Below, piece by piece: positions 48,434 through 61,270 of a stretch of DNA of 64,000 nucleotides; positions within the stretch are counted from its first letter, which is position 1, and each line of letters begins with the position of its first letter. The DNA is taken from contig JBHGNT010000020.1 of the NCBI GenBank assembly GCA_043228905.1, forward strand, positions 14,136,001-14,200,000, read 5' to 3'. The stretch is from Azolla caroliniana. Taxonomy: Eukaryota; Plantae; Polypodiophyta. Under the pieces are notes generated by a model. It was not told the origin of the DNA. It worked only from the letters and a program-made list of their open reading frames with translations, and did not search any database. Made by a program: the position numbers and the translations under genes.

Positions 48434-51400
48434 ATGGACCCAAATCACAAGTACATGTATATGCAGCAGAAAGATGGTCCTTTAGAATATAGGGAAGATC
48501 AAATCTCTACTGTGGAAGGAGTTTGTGAACATTCCCATTGCCAATTTGGAGTGGAAGAACCTGTGGAAGCTCAATTGAGGTTTGGTTTGGGAAATCATGT
48601 TGATGCAGAGGTACTCCATGATACTCATGGTTCTAGAGAGATTCATTGGGAATTCATGCCGCAAAATCAAGGTGGATTCAGCACTTCACATGAGGTTTTA
48701 GTCAAAGAAAATCAGGATGCAATGAAATCCTTTGGCAATTTTGAAGGATGGTTGTATTCTTGTGAGATGCATAGTGAGTTATTCGTAGATCCCCATGATA
48801 GTGTCACTATGATCACAGATGCATTTGAAGTCAAAGATGATAATAAAATTGAACCTAGATGCTTGCTTTCTTTCAATGAACAACAGGAACCAACAAATAC
48901 TTGGGTAGATAATTGTAAAGCTCCTGTGGAAATTGAAACTCCCATAAATTGTAGTGCTTCCATTAGTAAAGAAAATGAAGGTTTTGTAGAATCAAACTGT
49001 CCTATCGTAAATGATACGACAGCTTATAAACAGGAAGATAATGGAAGCCTCTATGTAGAAGAGGGTTTAGACTCTATGGTTGACTTGAATAAAGCTCGAA
49101 ATGGTCCTCTGCTTTCCCTTAACAATCAAGAAGAACCAAATGATTGGGTGGATAATGGTAGTCCAGTTCAAGTGGAACACGAAACTCCAATTGATGGCAA
49201 TGTGTATGCTAGTAAAGAAAAACTAGGTTTTGTAGGATCAACTTCTCTGCATGTAGACTATTCAACAAATCATAAAAATAAAGATAGTGAAAGCCTCTCT
49301 TCAGAAGAGTGTTTCGAGGTTGACTTGAATAGAGCTAGAAGTGGTCCTATTCTTTCTTATAACAATCAAGAAAAACCAAATGCGTGGATGGATACTCGTA
49401 GACAAGTTCTTGTGGAACTCAAGACTCCCATTAACTGCAATGCATATCCTAGTAAAGAAAAAATGGGTTTTTTAGAATCAAAGTCTTCTCTTGTTAATGA
49501 TTCATCAAATCATGAAGATGAAGATTGTGAAATCCTCAATGCAGAAGAGTGTTTAGCTTCAAAAATTGACATGAATGGAGGTAGAAGTGGTTCTCTGCGT
49601 TCTCTTAACGGTCAAGTAGAATTTGATGACTGTATTGATAGTAGTATTATTGAGAAACTCAAAACTCCCATCAATCACAATGCGGACGTTAATAAAGAAA
49701 AGGTAGGCTTTGTAGAATCAAACTCTAATCTGTTAGATGATCTAACTCATAAATATAAAGAGAGTAGTGAAAGCCTCGATAGACAACCTTCAAAGGTGAA
49801 CTCAATCTCGGAATCTTCAGGATTTTTTAAGAAAGCGATTGACTTGACTGCAGAAGAAAGAGGTTCTAAGCTTTCTTTTGGCAATCGAGGGAACCTTTCA
49901 GATGATGATGATGATAGAGTGAATATTCCAGAGGAACTGGAAGTTCCCAATCATGGCAATGTATTAACCAAACAAGAAAGTAAAAGCTACAGACAAGTGA
50001 ATTCTAATGTTTTAGATGATTCAATAAACGCTGGAAATAAGGATAAATCATCTTCATTGGTGCAAACTGACAACGATGAACAATTACAAGATACTCCATC
50101 TGTCATAGGACTGTTAGCAAATGAAGGAGAGAATGTTTTGGCAAATAATGTCAGAGAGAAAGTTCACGTAATCACAGAGGATGAGAAAACAAATTCAGCA
50201 GAGTCACATGCCAATGATTTTGACAAGAAATGTAATGATGAACAGTTACAAGCTACCCCAGGTGTCATAGGACTGTTAGCAAATGAAGGAGATAATGATT
50301 TGGCAAATAATCTCAGAGAGATAGTTCATGTTATCACTGGGGATGAGAAAACGAATTCAGTGGAGTCCCATGGTGATGATTTTGACAAGAAATGTATGTC
50401 AAAAATAGTGTGCCTTGCTTATGAATTCGAGGCAGAAGACCACTTAAGATTGTCATGCAAAGAAAAGGGTATTCAAGCTGTTTCACCTGATTTGAACAAG
50501 CAAAGAAATATTGAGGGTGATGAAGCAATATCACCCATGATTGATGCTGTTGATATATGCAGAGAGCAAAGGAACCAAAAAGTTTGTGTTTTTACAGAAG
50601 ATAGTATTCCAGAAAAAGTTGGAAAACAGATTTCTCATGTAAGCTGCTTTGAAACAATGGAAAGCGATAATGAAATGCAAATTTCCACACGAATTTGTGA
50701 TGAAATGATTCCAAATGTCGTTCAGAAACTAATTTCCCCAGTACAATATGTTGAAACAATGGAAAGTATTCATAAGAAGCAGATTTCTGCACTATACTCC
50801 ACTGATAGAATTCTGAGTGTGGATAAAGAACGGATGTTTGTATCTTCTGCTGAATGTGATTGCAGTTTGGAAGCTGATATTATGCCGACCATCAAAGTCC
50901 AATTGCTTATAGATTCTTGTGGACAGGATAAATCTGAAGTTGAAACAAATGGGCAATCTGTAGATGAAGTTGTTCTGCCGGATAAAAACATAATTTCATC
51001 TCCAAAGAGCTCTATAAATGTACTGGTTGAAACATCTTTCTCATCCAATAGCCCACCTTCTCATGTTTGTGGATCTAACTATGGCTTATTAGACACCAAG
51101 GTACATGATCAAGATCATGTTGATGACGGTTCAGAAGTGGCAGATACAGAAAACAAAACTCATGAAATTCCAGATACTATCCGAGATGTTTATGTTAATG
51201 GTACAAATCACTATTCCATTTTGATTGAAGAGAGATCATTTAAAGATGCTGCAAAATCTATACCTGCAGTCAATAACTTGGAAGAAGTTGAAGAATTTAG
51301 TGAGGAACAAGTGCATGAAGGCAGTTCAAAACTGAAAGATAGAAAAAGTAAAGCTAATGAATCTCCAGATTCTGTGGAAGATGTTTGTGACAAAGATGTG

Positions 51401-54400
51401 ATCCAACATTCAGGTCCTATTGTAGACGGAAAAAACGAGCTTAATGTTTTCACTAGTAATATCAAGCATCATTATAATCTTCAGAAACAAGGCACTTCAA
51501 GATTAGAATTTGTTGATGTTGATGAATTTTCTAATAAGGGTGAAAGTATAGAAGACAAAGATGTATTTTCAGGGATGCAAACTAAAAGAACCACTGAGCA
51601 GTCTGCCAAAATTAAGGAAGCTACTATTGAGCTTCTTGCTAGTGATGAATCTAATTCTACTGCTGAGGTAAATCAGACTTTCATCATGTTTGTACACAAC
51701 AGATTAAAATTTGGTCTTCCTTATAATTTTCATAATGTAAGCATGCCATCTGACTCAGTAGTCTATGAATAAAAATTGTATTTGATGTGGCAGGTTATTT
51801 CCATGACAAATACCTCAATGCCAAAAGTGGAAGAGATCAAGCAGACTGAATTGAAATTTGAATATCACTCATTTAGAATGACATCTGATGAAATAATACA
51901 AAATGATTGTAAAGAAAGCCCTTCAAAAACATCAAGCGAGAAAAAATCTATTGAATTAGTGGAAGAAAGATTAAGCGCTTCACATGAACTCCATGATGGA
52001 GTTTCTGCTGTATTCAATTCATTCGTAACAAATGATGTACAACAACAGCATCCTTCTCCAGTAAGTGGACATCACGACAAGTCTCCTGAATCTTTGACCA
52101 TGAAACCTTTCAATGAGCAACAACAAGTACAATTGCGTGCTCAAATTATGGTTTATGGTGCTCTAATGTAAGATCAGATCCTTTCTTTTGCATTTTTTCC
52201 ATTAGATCATGAAAATTTGACTAGTTCTATTTAACGAGAATGTAGTCAGGGAACTGTACCAGAAGAAGCACAAATGATTGCTGCATTTTCTGATCCTTCT
52301 GGAGGTATGCAACATTAATTTTGATTTTTAATTACATTTATATACTATATTCTTGTTAGGTTGAGTTTCTCTTCTTATTCCCTGCAGTTCTTAAGCAAGG
52401 AGAGGGAGATTTGGAAGGATATGAGCGAGTTCTTTGGGAGAAATCATGGCTGGAATCTGCCAAACGGATCTGTTCTAAACCCTTGTTCAATTCATCAAGC
52501 ATCTCACATAAATCAAATGCAGTTGTGTCTTCATCTCCCAAAAACTCCAAAGAATCTTCATTGTCCTGCTCTGGATCTCCTAGTGCAAAAAGGAAAATCC
52601 ATGCAGCTAAATTACTGGTAGCACCAAAGAAAATGGAGATAAATACCGAGTCTAGACCACACAAACGGAAGAGAATTGAGTCTGTATCCCCCAAAACAAA
52701 TGTCGAGGTTGTTGTTAATGCTAGCCATAGCAATGTCAGTGTTTGCAGTTCAGGGCCAGATATAAATTCTTTTGTATCCATCACTCCATTATATCTCCCT
52801 AATGTACCAGAGACCTTTCCGGAGAAGTCAATTGTAGCTTTTCATGGTGATAAGAGTATGCTAAGTAGTGGAACCATTGCCGATGCTGGTGGTAATAGAG
52901 GGATGATGGAAAAAAGAGAGAATTCGAGTTGTGAGTTGGATCTAGCAAAACAAAATGCTGAGCAATCTTCTTTGCTAGCAGATCATGCCACTAGGGATAG
53001 TGAATTGATGTGGTGTGAGCTGATATCACAAAGTGTTTCTAACCTTAATAAAGATGCAGAACTGCAGTTGAATCTGCGACTATAGCTAAAGCTGCGGCTG
53101 CAACTGCAAAAGCGGCATATGAAGCGGCCTTATATGCAAATGTAATGAGGGAGAATGCTTTGAGGCTCATTAAACAAGACAATAAGGAACACACTCTTTT
53201 GATGGTGACAGAGAATCATTGTAAGGAAAACATTGAAAATACCCTTGTTCCGGAAGGTAAAGTGGACCATTTTGAGTCACTTTCTAAGGCTGCTGAATTG
53301 ACCAGTAATGCAATTTCTGACATTGGAGCTGCGATGACGATCAGTGAATCACCTCCTTTCACTCTAAAAATGTTGGTTGATGGTGGAATAGAAGGATTTG
53401 AAAAGTTAATGTCAGTGCTTGTGTCAGAAGAGACACAGAAAACACCAACTAGAAGGATAGTAGTTAGGTCAAACAGTGCACTACGGGAGAAGTTATCATC
53501 TATAGCACCTGGCCAAATAGAAGATAATGATAATCTGCATAATATGGAAGTGGGCTCTGCTATCAGAAGCAATGAGGGAGTCAGATTGGCTACACCTATA
53601 CCATTTGATGAGGAAGAGATTGTTACCATCACAAGTCAGGAAGATATTGCTACCACAAGTCAGACAGATGTTGTTACAAGTCAGATAGTGACAAATTCTA
53701 TTGTTGAGGTTTGAACTTCATCAACTGATGCTTTATTGTACAGTCTTAAGCACACAGTGTACCCTTTTTGTATGTGGAGAGGTGTCATTCTCAGTGGCAA
53801 TATTATGTTGTTGTTAGGTACTGTCTGATGAGGAAGGACTTCGAGGAGTATGGTTCTCAGCTAAAGTTTTAAAGTTAGAACGTGAGCAGGTGTTGGTACT
53901 TTATGATGAATTACTATTAGATAATGGTTAGTTCAATGTTTTAACAAACTTGCAAGTTTTGTTTTGCAACAAGTCTTCTGATTTGGCCAAAACAAGTCTC
54001 TTCTGATTTGGTACACATTTTGCTATTTTGGAGGCAAAGAGCCACTTGAAGAATGGATTCCTTTGGAGACCTTGCCTGGTAAGGTACCCAGGGTACGGTT
54101 GGCACATCCACATAATTTCAATTGTAAGGTTGGAATTAAAAGAAGAAGGGAAGACATGGAAAATCATAAATGGGCTGTTGGGGATCGAGTTGATGCATGG
54201 ATCCGTGATGGGTATGCATTGGAACTATGTTTTGCTTTATCATCACCCTTTTTTCTGCAAGACCTTTTTGAGAATATCTGAATGTTGGCAATGTTTAAGG
54301 TGGTGGGAAGGAGAAATCACTGAGACATTTGAAGATGATGAAAGCAAGGTTAGAGTCTTCTTTCCAGGTAAATGATATTATTGCTTCTGAATTATCCTTT

Positions 54401-56250
54401 TTAAATGCCGTGAATTGGGTCATATATTTTTATTGTAAATAGGTGGAGGTGATAGTCAATTGGTTAAAGTTTCAAAGCTAAGAGAATCTATGATATGGAA
54501 TAATGAGATGTGGATCTTATGGTCGAGGGAAGACAATAATGATAATGACATGAATGAGGTACAAAGGTTTTTGCATTTGGATTTTGGTAAAGAGGGTTGG
54601 TTTGTTTCTTTTGATTGGCTATAGTACTCTTTCTTTTTATCTGTCACAGCATAAGCTGTTAACCTCGAAGAGACAGAAAACAGATGAAGTTCAGCCTACT
54701 AATTCAAGTCCAATATCTAAAACCTCTTCCCGTAAGGAAGGTGGTACAAGCACGGATTTGAAAGTACCTGCTAAAGTTAAAGAAGATAAATCCAAGCGAC
54801 TATGGTCCAATTCTATTTTGGGGATCTCAAAGACCTCAAAGAAGAAGCAACTAATAGAGGTTACCAAGCATGATGTCAGTAGGGGAGCAATGGAAAGCAC
54901 GACTAGAAGGTTTGAGGGCCTTAATGAGAAAGCAAGATTCCATAAGAGAGTTGAATCAACAACAAAAAACAATGTAGCTCAAAATCTCAAGGAGAGGTCA
55001 CTTTTCATGGGTAACAAGACTTCTTCACAGAAAGATACACTAACTAAAGAACGATTGCACAAATCTGTGAATGTTAAATTGACAAGATTGAAACCACCAG
55101 TAAATCAATTGCAGTCAAACGTCCATACTGGAGGAATTCCTCCTATGCATAATTCGAATGTGGAGGGTTTAAATAAAAGAATACCTTCAGTATCAGTTCA
55201 GAAGAATGGAGATGAGCATTCTCGTGTAAGCAAGAAACATGAGAATTCTGCTGCAGTGAAAAGTAAACAACCTTTTCCTGGGAGAGATCCCTTGAGATCA
55301 CTCAATGAAAAGAAGGGGGTTAGTCAGCATCAGCTGAAAGAATTTGGAGAATGTTCCACTCATCCAGTTCTTGTAAGCAAGAAAAGTGAGAAAGGATCAT
55401 ATAAATCAAATGATGCTTTTCATCTAGTCAAGGAAAATGCCATGGAGATGGGAAGTGATAAATCTGATAATCCACCTTCTGATCTGTCTGAGCAAAATTT
55501 GAATAGAGTTGTAGAAAAGGAAAAGGAACCTTTAATTTCTGTTGGAGTAAATCAGAAATGTTCCCAGAAAATTGCAGAGAGTGACAAGGGCATTGTAGGA
55601 AAAGACGAATCAGAAATTCGAGAGCCCAGAAGGACTTGTCGGAAAATCACTCCATCATCAAAGGTAATAGCACAACATATGAAAACTGACAACTGCTTGT
55701 AATGGTGATACATGAAATGATATTTTTTGAGGAATACATCAGTGGTGATTGTGCTAGTTCATACTATGTTGTGGAGCTTGGATAAATGGCAACAATATGG
55801 TAAGAGGAGTCAAATGTAGCTTTTTTTACAGCATCACAAGAAGTCCTGGGTTATTGCTAAATGATATTATTGCAGTTCATCGTGTGCAGTCCCCATTATA
55901 AGTATACGCTAGACCCTAATTAATGTGTAGCATGCATCCTAATAGATCCTGAGTTTTTACTAGATGATATAATTATTGCGAACCTGAGTTTTACTAGATA
56001 TAATTATTGTGATCCTGAGTTACTGGATATAATTATTGTACTTCATTGTGTGTACCGTTCATTTCTCCATTATAAGTAAATCATTAATCCTAAGTTATGT
56101 GTTATGTATACTTTCATGCCATATGAAGCTTATATGAGATACCTTGTATATCTTATGCAGCTTTTGGAAGGGCTTGAGACTGCACCTATTGTCAGAAGCA
56201 ACGCATTTCATGATAAAGGAAGCAAACCAAATTCAAATGTCTGTAAATGA
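48434..56250 (+). CDS. Agenet/Tudor-like domain protein, SWOLLEN1/G2484-1-like; multi-exon, with an apparent frameshift near 53065
   Basis: QQVQLRAQIMVYGAL-QG-VPEEA, IAKAAAA, Agenet motifs VEV-SDEEGLRGVWF and WAVGDRVDAWIRDGWWEG, C-terminal PRR..KITPSSKLLEGL; approximate exons 48434-51667, 51794-52168, 52246-52304, 52388-53709, 53818-53926, 54033-54211, 54300-54367, 54443-54558, 54650-55663, 56161-56250. Confidence 0.8.
55944..56040. repeat. ~31-35-bp tandem repeat, 3 copies, in last intron
   Basis: CCTGAGTT(T)nACT(A/G)GAT...ATAATTATTG repeated. Confidence 0.75.
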
Positions 56251-57334
56251 TCTCTTCATAATCATTGGAACATTTGATGATATTTTCAGGATTCTGGTTT
56301 GCCAAAGATTCTTGTTTTTGGTTTATCAAAGATTCTTCAAATGTGAAAAAGATTTTTTTATGATTTCAGGATTTGTTGTAAATACAGAGTAGAGATATTA
56401 CATCCGGCATAAAAAAAGATACACTGTAAAGCAATAACTGAAAACCATTGTTCCATTATTGAACCCTTTGGTTTCACCTCTTGAGTTATATTTCCAACTT
56501 GCTTTTAAATAAAATGCTTCACATATTTATGGATCAAGTTTATTGGTAAGGCAAAACAAGCATATTTTGTGCACAACATCAAGATGCGGGATTCGATCTT
56601 AAAAAGGTGCTGTTAATCAATTTCAAAACATGACGGCATGGTTAATGGTGCACATTCAAAGCACTGGTTAAGGTGAGATATTATTTGGAAGACGAGTGAG
56701 AAACATTATTTAAAAATGAACCTTGCCCCATAACCCATTGAAAGAAGAAGGTTGTACATAAGTTGTACTTTAGACAAACGTTGTGAGAAGAGTGATTGTA
56801 GGGCTGTAGGTTAACATTGGCATTCTTGTATATTTGGTTAAAATATTTTCAACAAATGAAAACTATATAAAGTTGTTTATACGTTTAAACAAGTTTGGAT
56901 GTTAATAGATACCTGGAAAATAAGAGTCTATATAATAATGTGCTAAGAACCCATAAATTTGAAAAAAGCCGTAAGTTTGAATAAAAGTTTTAGCACGTTT
57001 ACCATAGATTCTTGAATATACACATGCCAACCAAGATTCCAAAATAATACAGCTTCTCCTTTTGTAAAATGCTATGCACAAATGTTGGATTCAAATTTGT
57101 TGTAAGTGAATAAATGATTCTTGTCCAATTTTAGAGGAGATAGCTTCACGTGAGGCGATATTTTCTTTTCTTTGTTACTTACGGTCATGACCATTCTTGT
57201 CAGTGGAGACAAACTTGTTAAGAGAAACCATTTAGAGATAGTAAAGGCAATAAGCCAAATTTACTTTAGGAATCATTCTTATGTTTATGGACTACACTTT
57301 GTGTGTCAGACATGGCAATTTGCCTATTTCTTTG

Positions 57335-57550
57335 GAGGATGATAAAATCTTATCCATCTCAAAGGCATTGATCTCGCTCTCCATCTCACTCAATGGACGA
57401 TGTTAAAATCTCTCTCCCTCACCACTATAGGTCACGCTCTCTATCTCTCACAATGAACAATTATAAAATCTATCTCTCTCAAAGTCATAGATCTTGCACT
57501 CTATCTCTCTCAATGGATAATTATAGAACCTATCTATCTCAAACTTGTAG
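57335..57550. repeat. ~61-bp degenerate tandem repeat, 3-4 copies
   Basis: TAAAATCT...CTC...ATCTC...CAATG recurs with ~61-nt period. Confidence 0.7.
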
Positions 57551-57944
57551 AATTAAGCATTAACTGTGATCCTTGCTATAGGATCAAACTTGTCCCATGG
57601 ATCATATTGGATGGTCTCATGGGCCAATTTTGGCCTTAGAAGACGTTAATATATCTTTCTTTCTGTCTTTCTTTCTCGAACAAGCTACACGATGCATCAG
57701 TCTCGTACTGGACCCGGCCAATTGACTTCTTCTTCTTCTTCTTGAATCTTCTTCTTCCTCTTCTAGTTATGAAACGCGTCATGGATAAAGTATTTCGTAT
57801 GAATTCTTTCTCACTTGTATTCTATATTTATACGTTTTCGTATTTATACGATGTGTTGCTCTGTACTACTACGCATATACGTACATACACACGCATTCCT
57901 CTTCTTCTTCTTCGTGTTGTTCTGTTCCTTCGTCCCTTCCTGCC

Positions 57945-58487
57945 ATGGCCGCCGAGGGTAAAGTTTCTTCACGATTTCTCGCAGTGTTTCTCCTCCTCCT
58001 CCTCCTCTTCCTCCAGATCGCGCAGGGCTCATCAAAAACTGCAGAAGAAGAAAGCCGCGGAGATGGAAGCAGTCGCAGACGCACAGGCGGAGTAAATTCC
58101 GATCTGAAGCTAAATAGGAAGGAAATCCTCAAGGAGAATGAAGAAGGAATGGAAATTTGGGGAGCTGTGGAGGAAGACGCCGATGAAGAAAGCTCGGTAG
58201 CTTTGGAGAAAGAATCAGAAAAAGAAAGCTTGGTGTCCGTAGTGGATGTGCCATTGTCTTGCCCTGCGAGATGTTTCAGGTTAAATCCTGTGTGTGGCGT
58301 GGACGGACAGACGTATTGGTGTGGAGCCGTGGATGCTGGATGTGCCGGCGTTGCAGTAGATTATACAGGTTTCTGTGAGTTTGTAAGCAAAGGAAGTCTC
58401 GGTGGAAAAGCTCTTGAATCTCTGCTTCTTGTACACATGGTTTGGTTGATCCTCACAGCTTTGTTCCTCCTTGTTGGTGCTCCATAG
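57945..58487 (+). CDS. Kazal-type serine protease inhibitor family protein (secreted, C-terminal hydrophobic anchor)
   Basis: Signal peptide; CPARCFRLNPVCGVDGQTYWCG...C...GFC Kazal pattern; hydrophobic tail. Confidence 0.92.
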   Translation: MAAEGKVSSRFLAVFLLLLLLFLQIAQGSSKTAEEESRGDGSSRRRTGGVNSDLKLNRKEILKENEEGMEIWGAVEEDADEESSVALEKESEKESLVSVVDVPLSCPARCFRLNPVCGVDGQTYWCGAVDAGCAGVAVDYTGFCEFVSKGSLGGKALESLLLVHMVWLILTALFLLVGAP

Positions 58488-60709
58488 ATTCTACAACAGA
58501 GGCAGAACAAACGGAAAATGAAGAAGATTCTTCTGTTTTTTGTTTCTGCGTCAATTGACCATAGCCATGCCGAAGCTTGATCATTTTTTTCCTTCCTTCT
58601 CTCTTTCCTCTTCATTTCTTCTTCTTCTCGTTCTTCATCTATAGGTCAACTTTTTCCTTCTGTCAGAGCTTTTCCTGGAAAAGAAACTGATCTACCGGTT
58701 CATTTTTCAGGTAACCGATTTACTGTCTTCTTCCGTCTGTCATGGTTTCTTTGGGAAAGAAGTAGTTTGTCTGTATCAATGAAATTGTGTGATTCCCATT
58801 TATAATGGGAAGTTTTTTCAAGTGCTTCAAGTGCGTCATTTTCCTCAACCCACAATACCCACTCATTTGATGGTTGTAAACTGATTTTTTCTCAACCCAC
58901 CTCATTTTAGGGGTTGTAATTTTATACCATTTGAACTCTAAATTGGATTTATACACAATAAAATCTGTATTATTCTTTTCGAAAGCTTGGAATACATTTC
59001 TTAATGTGTGTGATGATTGTAATCAATAAACTATTGTTCAAGATTCTGAGGGGCAATGCATCTTTAAGTTTCTGCAGCGTGGAATTTCTGGGAATGATAG
59101 ATCATAATATGCATACATGCATATGCTCAATGATTGGTTGGCTTGGTTCTTGTGTTTCTTCTGCTATACACAATGGTATGAAAGTATGGCAGATGTCAGA
59201 AACGAAGTCTCTGTTTATAGATGCATAGATGGCGAAAATCTCTGGATTCATGGAAAAGAAGAGCAATGGAGTTTGACATTATTGATGTGAGCCATCAGGA
59301 AGATGTAGATTTTAGTTGCCTTCATTTGGAATAAGGTTCAGAGATAAATCCTTTTATTATTTATGGATTCTTCATAGATGTCACAAATCTTTCTCGGATT
59401 CATGGACGAGAAGAGTAAGAGAGGTGGACCATGAATCCAAAGGTAACGGAGATGTAGATTATTGATGCAAGAGCCATCAACAAGAAGGTTTGTATTTTTG
59501 TGGCCTTGATTTCGAAAGCATGTTTTCAAGAAGAAGGATATATTTGATTTTAGTGTCATATATATTGTGTCCTCCATATCTGACATAGGGGGTTTCTTTT
59601 AAGAATTCCTTATCTAGACAGTCTATGTTATCCAAATCATGTATGGTTTGGGAATTGTTTGAACGTAAAGACTTTGTAAGATATATGTTGTCTGTGTACT
59701 CTTGGAAGAATGCATTGATTGTAAGTTAGGCGCAACAAAGGTTATATAAAGAAAGCATTGGATTGTTCACATTCCACAGTGGTTAGGTGAAGAAGCATTG
59801 GATTGGTCACAGTTTGAATGGTTAGAACAAGAAGCATTTGGATTGATCATTGAGCAGAGGTAGTTAATCAAGTTTTATTCCTGATAATCTTTTGTAAGGA
59901 CATTGTTCTTGTCAATAATTATGGTGGGTATGTGCTGCCAAATATCATGTTTTGAAAGGCACATCAAGTCAAGAAGTACATTCTTGTTGGTAGATATTCT
60001 AGATGTGGCTACTTGATGAAATTGAAGTATCAGTGGGAACTTGGAAAACTCCATGTCTCATGTGAAGTATATGGTATCTTGACAAATGATTTTAGAGGCT
60101 CGATTCATTGCAAAAAGTCCATTTTCTTGATATTGGCTTTTGTTCATTGGAATATGTTTATCCCTGAGTGTAGTGGTATCAACACATTGAGATGTAGACA
60201 GCAGGCTGCAATCAACACAATCCTTTGCATTGTACATAGTCATCTTTGCTCGAGATGTAAATTCATCTCATAGATTGATTTCTGTAAATGCAAGTGCTAC
60301 ATTTTTTGGGGACAAAATTTCTTTCAGAAATATGCTTTAGGTAGATATCCTTTCTTGAGAGGTTTGTGTCAGGTATGTCATTACCTCATTTTTAACCGAA
60401 AATGTGAATTAATGCTAATAAAAGTTTATTGAATACGGATTATGAGGTGAGATAATTTAACATCGCAATTAATACCATTATGACCGCAATTTGAGTAGAT
60501 GAAGGAAAAAGATCAGCAATTGAATTAATTAGTGAGAGGTAGGCTCATTATGAACACAATCCAAATACAACATCAATCAGGATAACATCTAGCATGACCG
60601 TGGTAAGAACATATGAAGAAAGGGATTAAGAATAAAAGCAATAAGCGTGGATTAGGAAGGGAACAATTTTGGGCTTTAGAACGGACGGGGTAGGGGAAGA
60701 GTGCAGAGA

Positions 60710-60855
60710 GAGTATTAAAGAGGCCCATTAATTAATAAAAAGGTCTTAATTAGGTAATGATGCAAACTTTAATGCAAATTAGAGTATTAATTAGGCCCAT
60801 TAATTAATAAAAAAGGTCTTAATTAGATAATGATGCAAACTTCAATGCGAATTAG
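60710..60855. repeat. ~71-bp tandem duplication
   Basis: AGAGTATTAA...GGCCCATTAATTAATAAAA...ATGATGCAAACTT twice. Confidence 0.85.
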
Positions 60856-61129
60856 GTTTTACAAATAGAGGTAAATTGTGTCATTCTTATAAAATATTGG
60901 TAAATAAAGGAACTTAATGGCAATCTCAAGAAAGGAAATGGTACAAGGCATGCTTTCAATGTGGCTGAGGCTTCACTGAAGATGCAACATTATTGTAAGC
61001 CCCCTGTAGCTTTTAGTGTAAATATGTTCAAGAATTCATTTGGCCAATTTTCTCACAATAGAGGATGTAAAATATCTTACAAGTTGGAAGATTGTCAAGG
61101 TTTTGCCCTATGTCGCCTTGATCAAACGG

Positions 61130-61270
61130 TGCTGTGTATGATTGTTTCATAGAAACTTGCACATCTAACCAATTCCTTGATGATAGTATATGGGAAAGTT
61201 GCTGTGTATGATTGTTTCATAGAAACTTGCACATCTAACCAATTCCTTGATGATAGTATATGGGAAAGTT
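61130..61270. repeat. Perfect 70-bp tandem duplication
   Basis: TGCTGTGTATG...ATGGGAAAGT repeated exactly. Confidence 0.92.
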
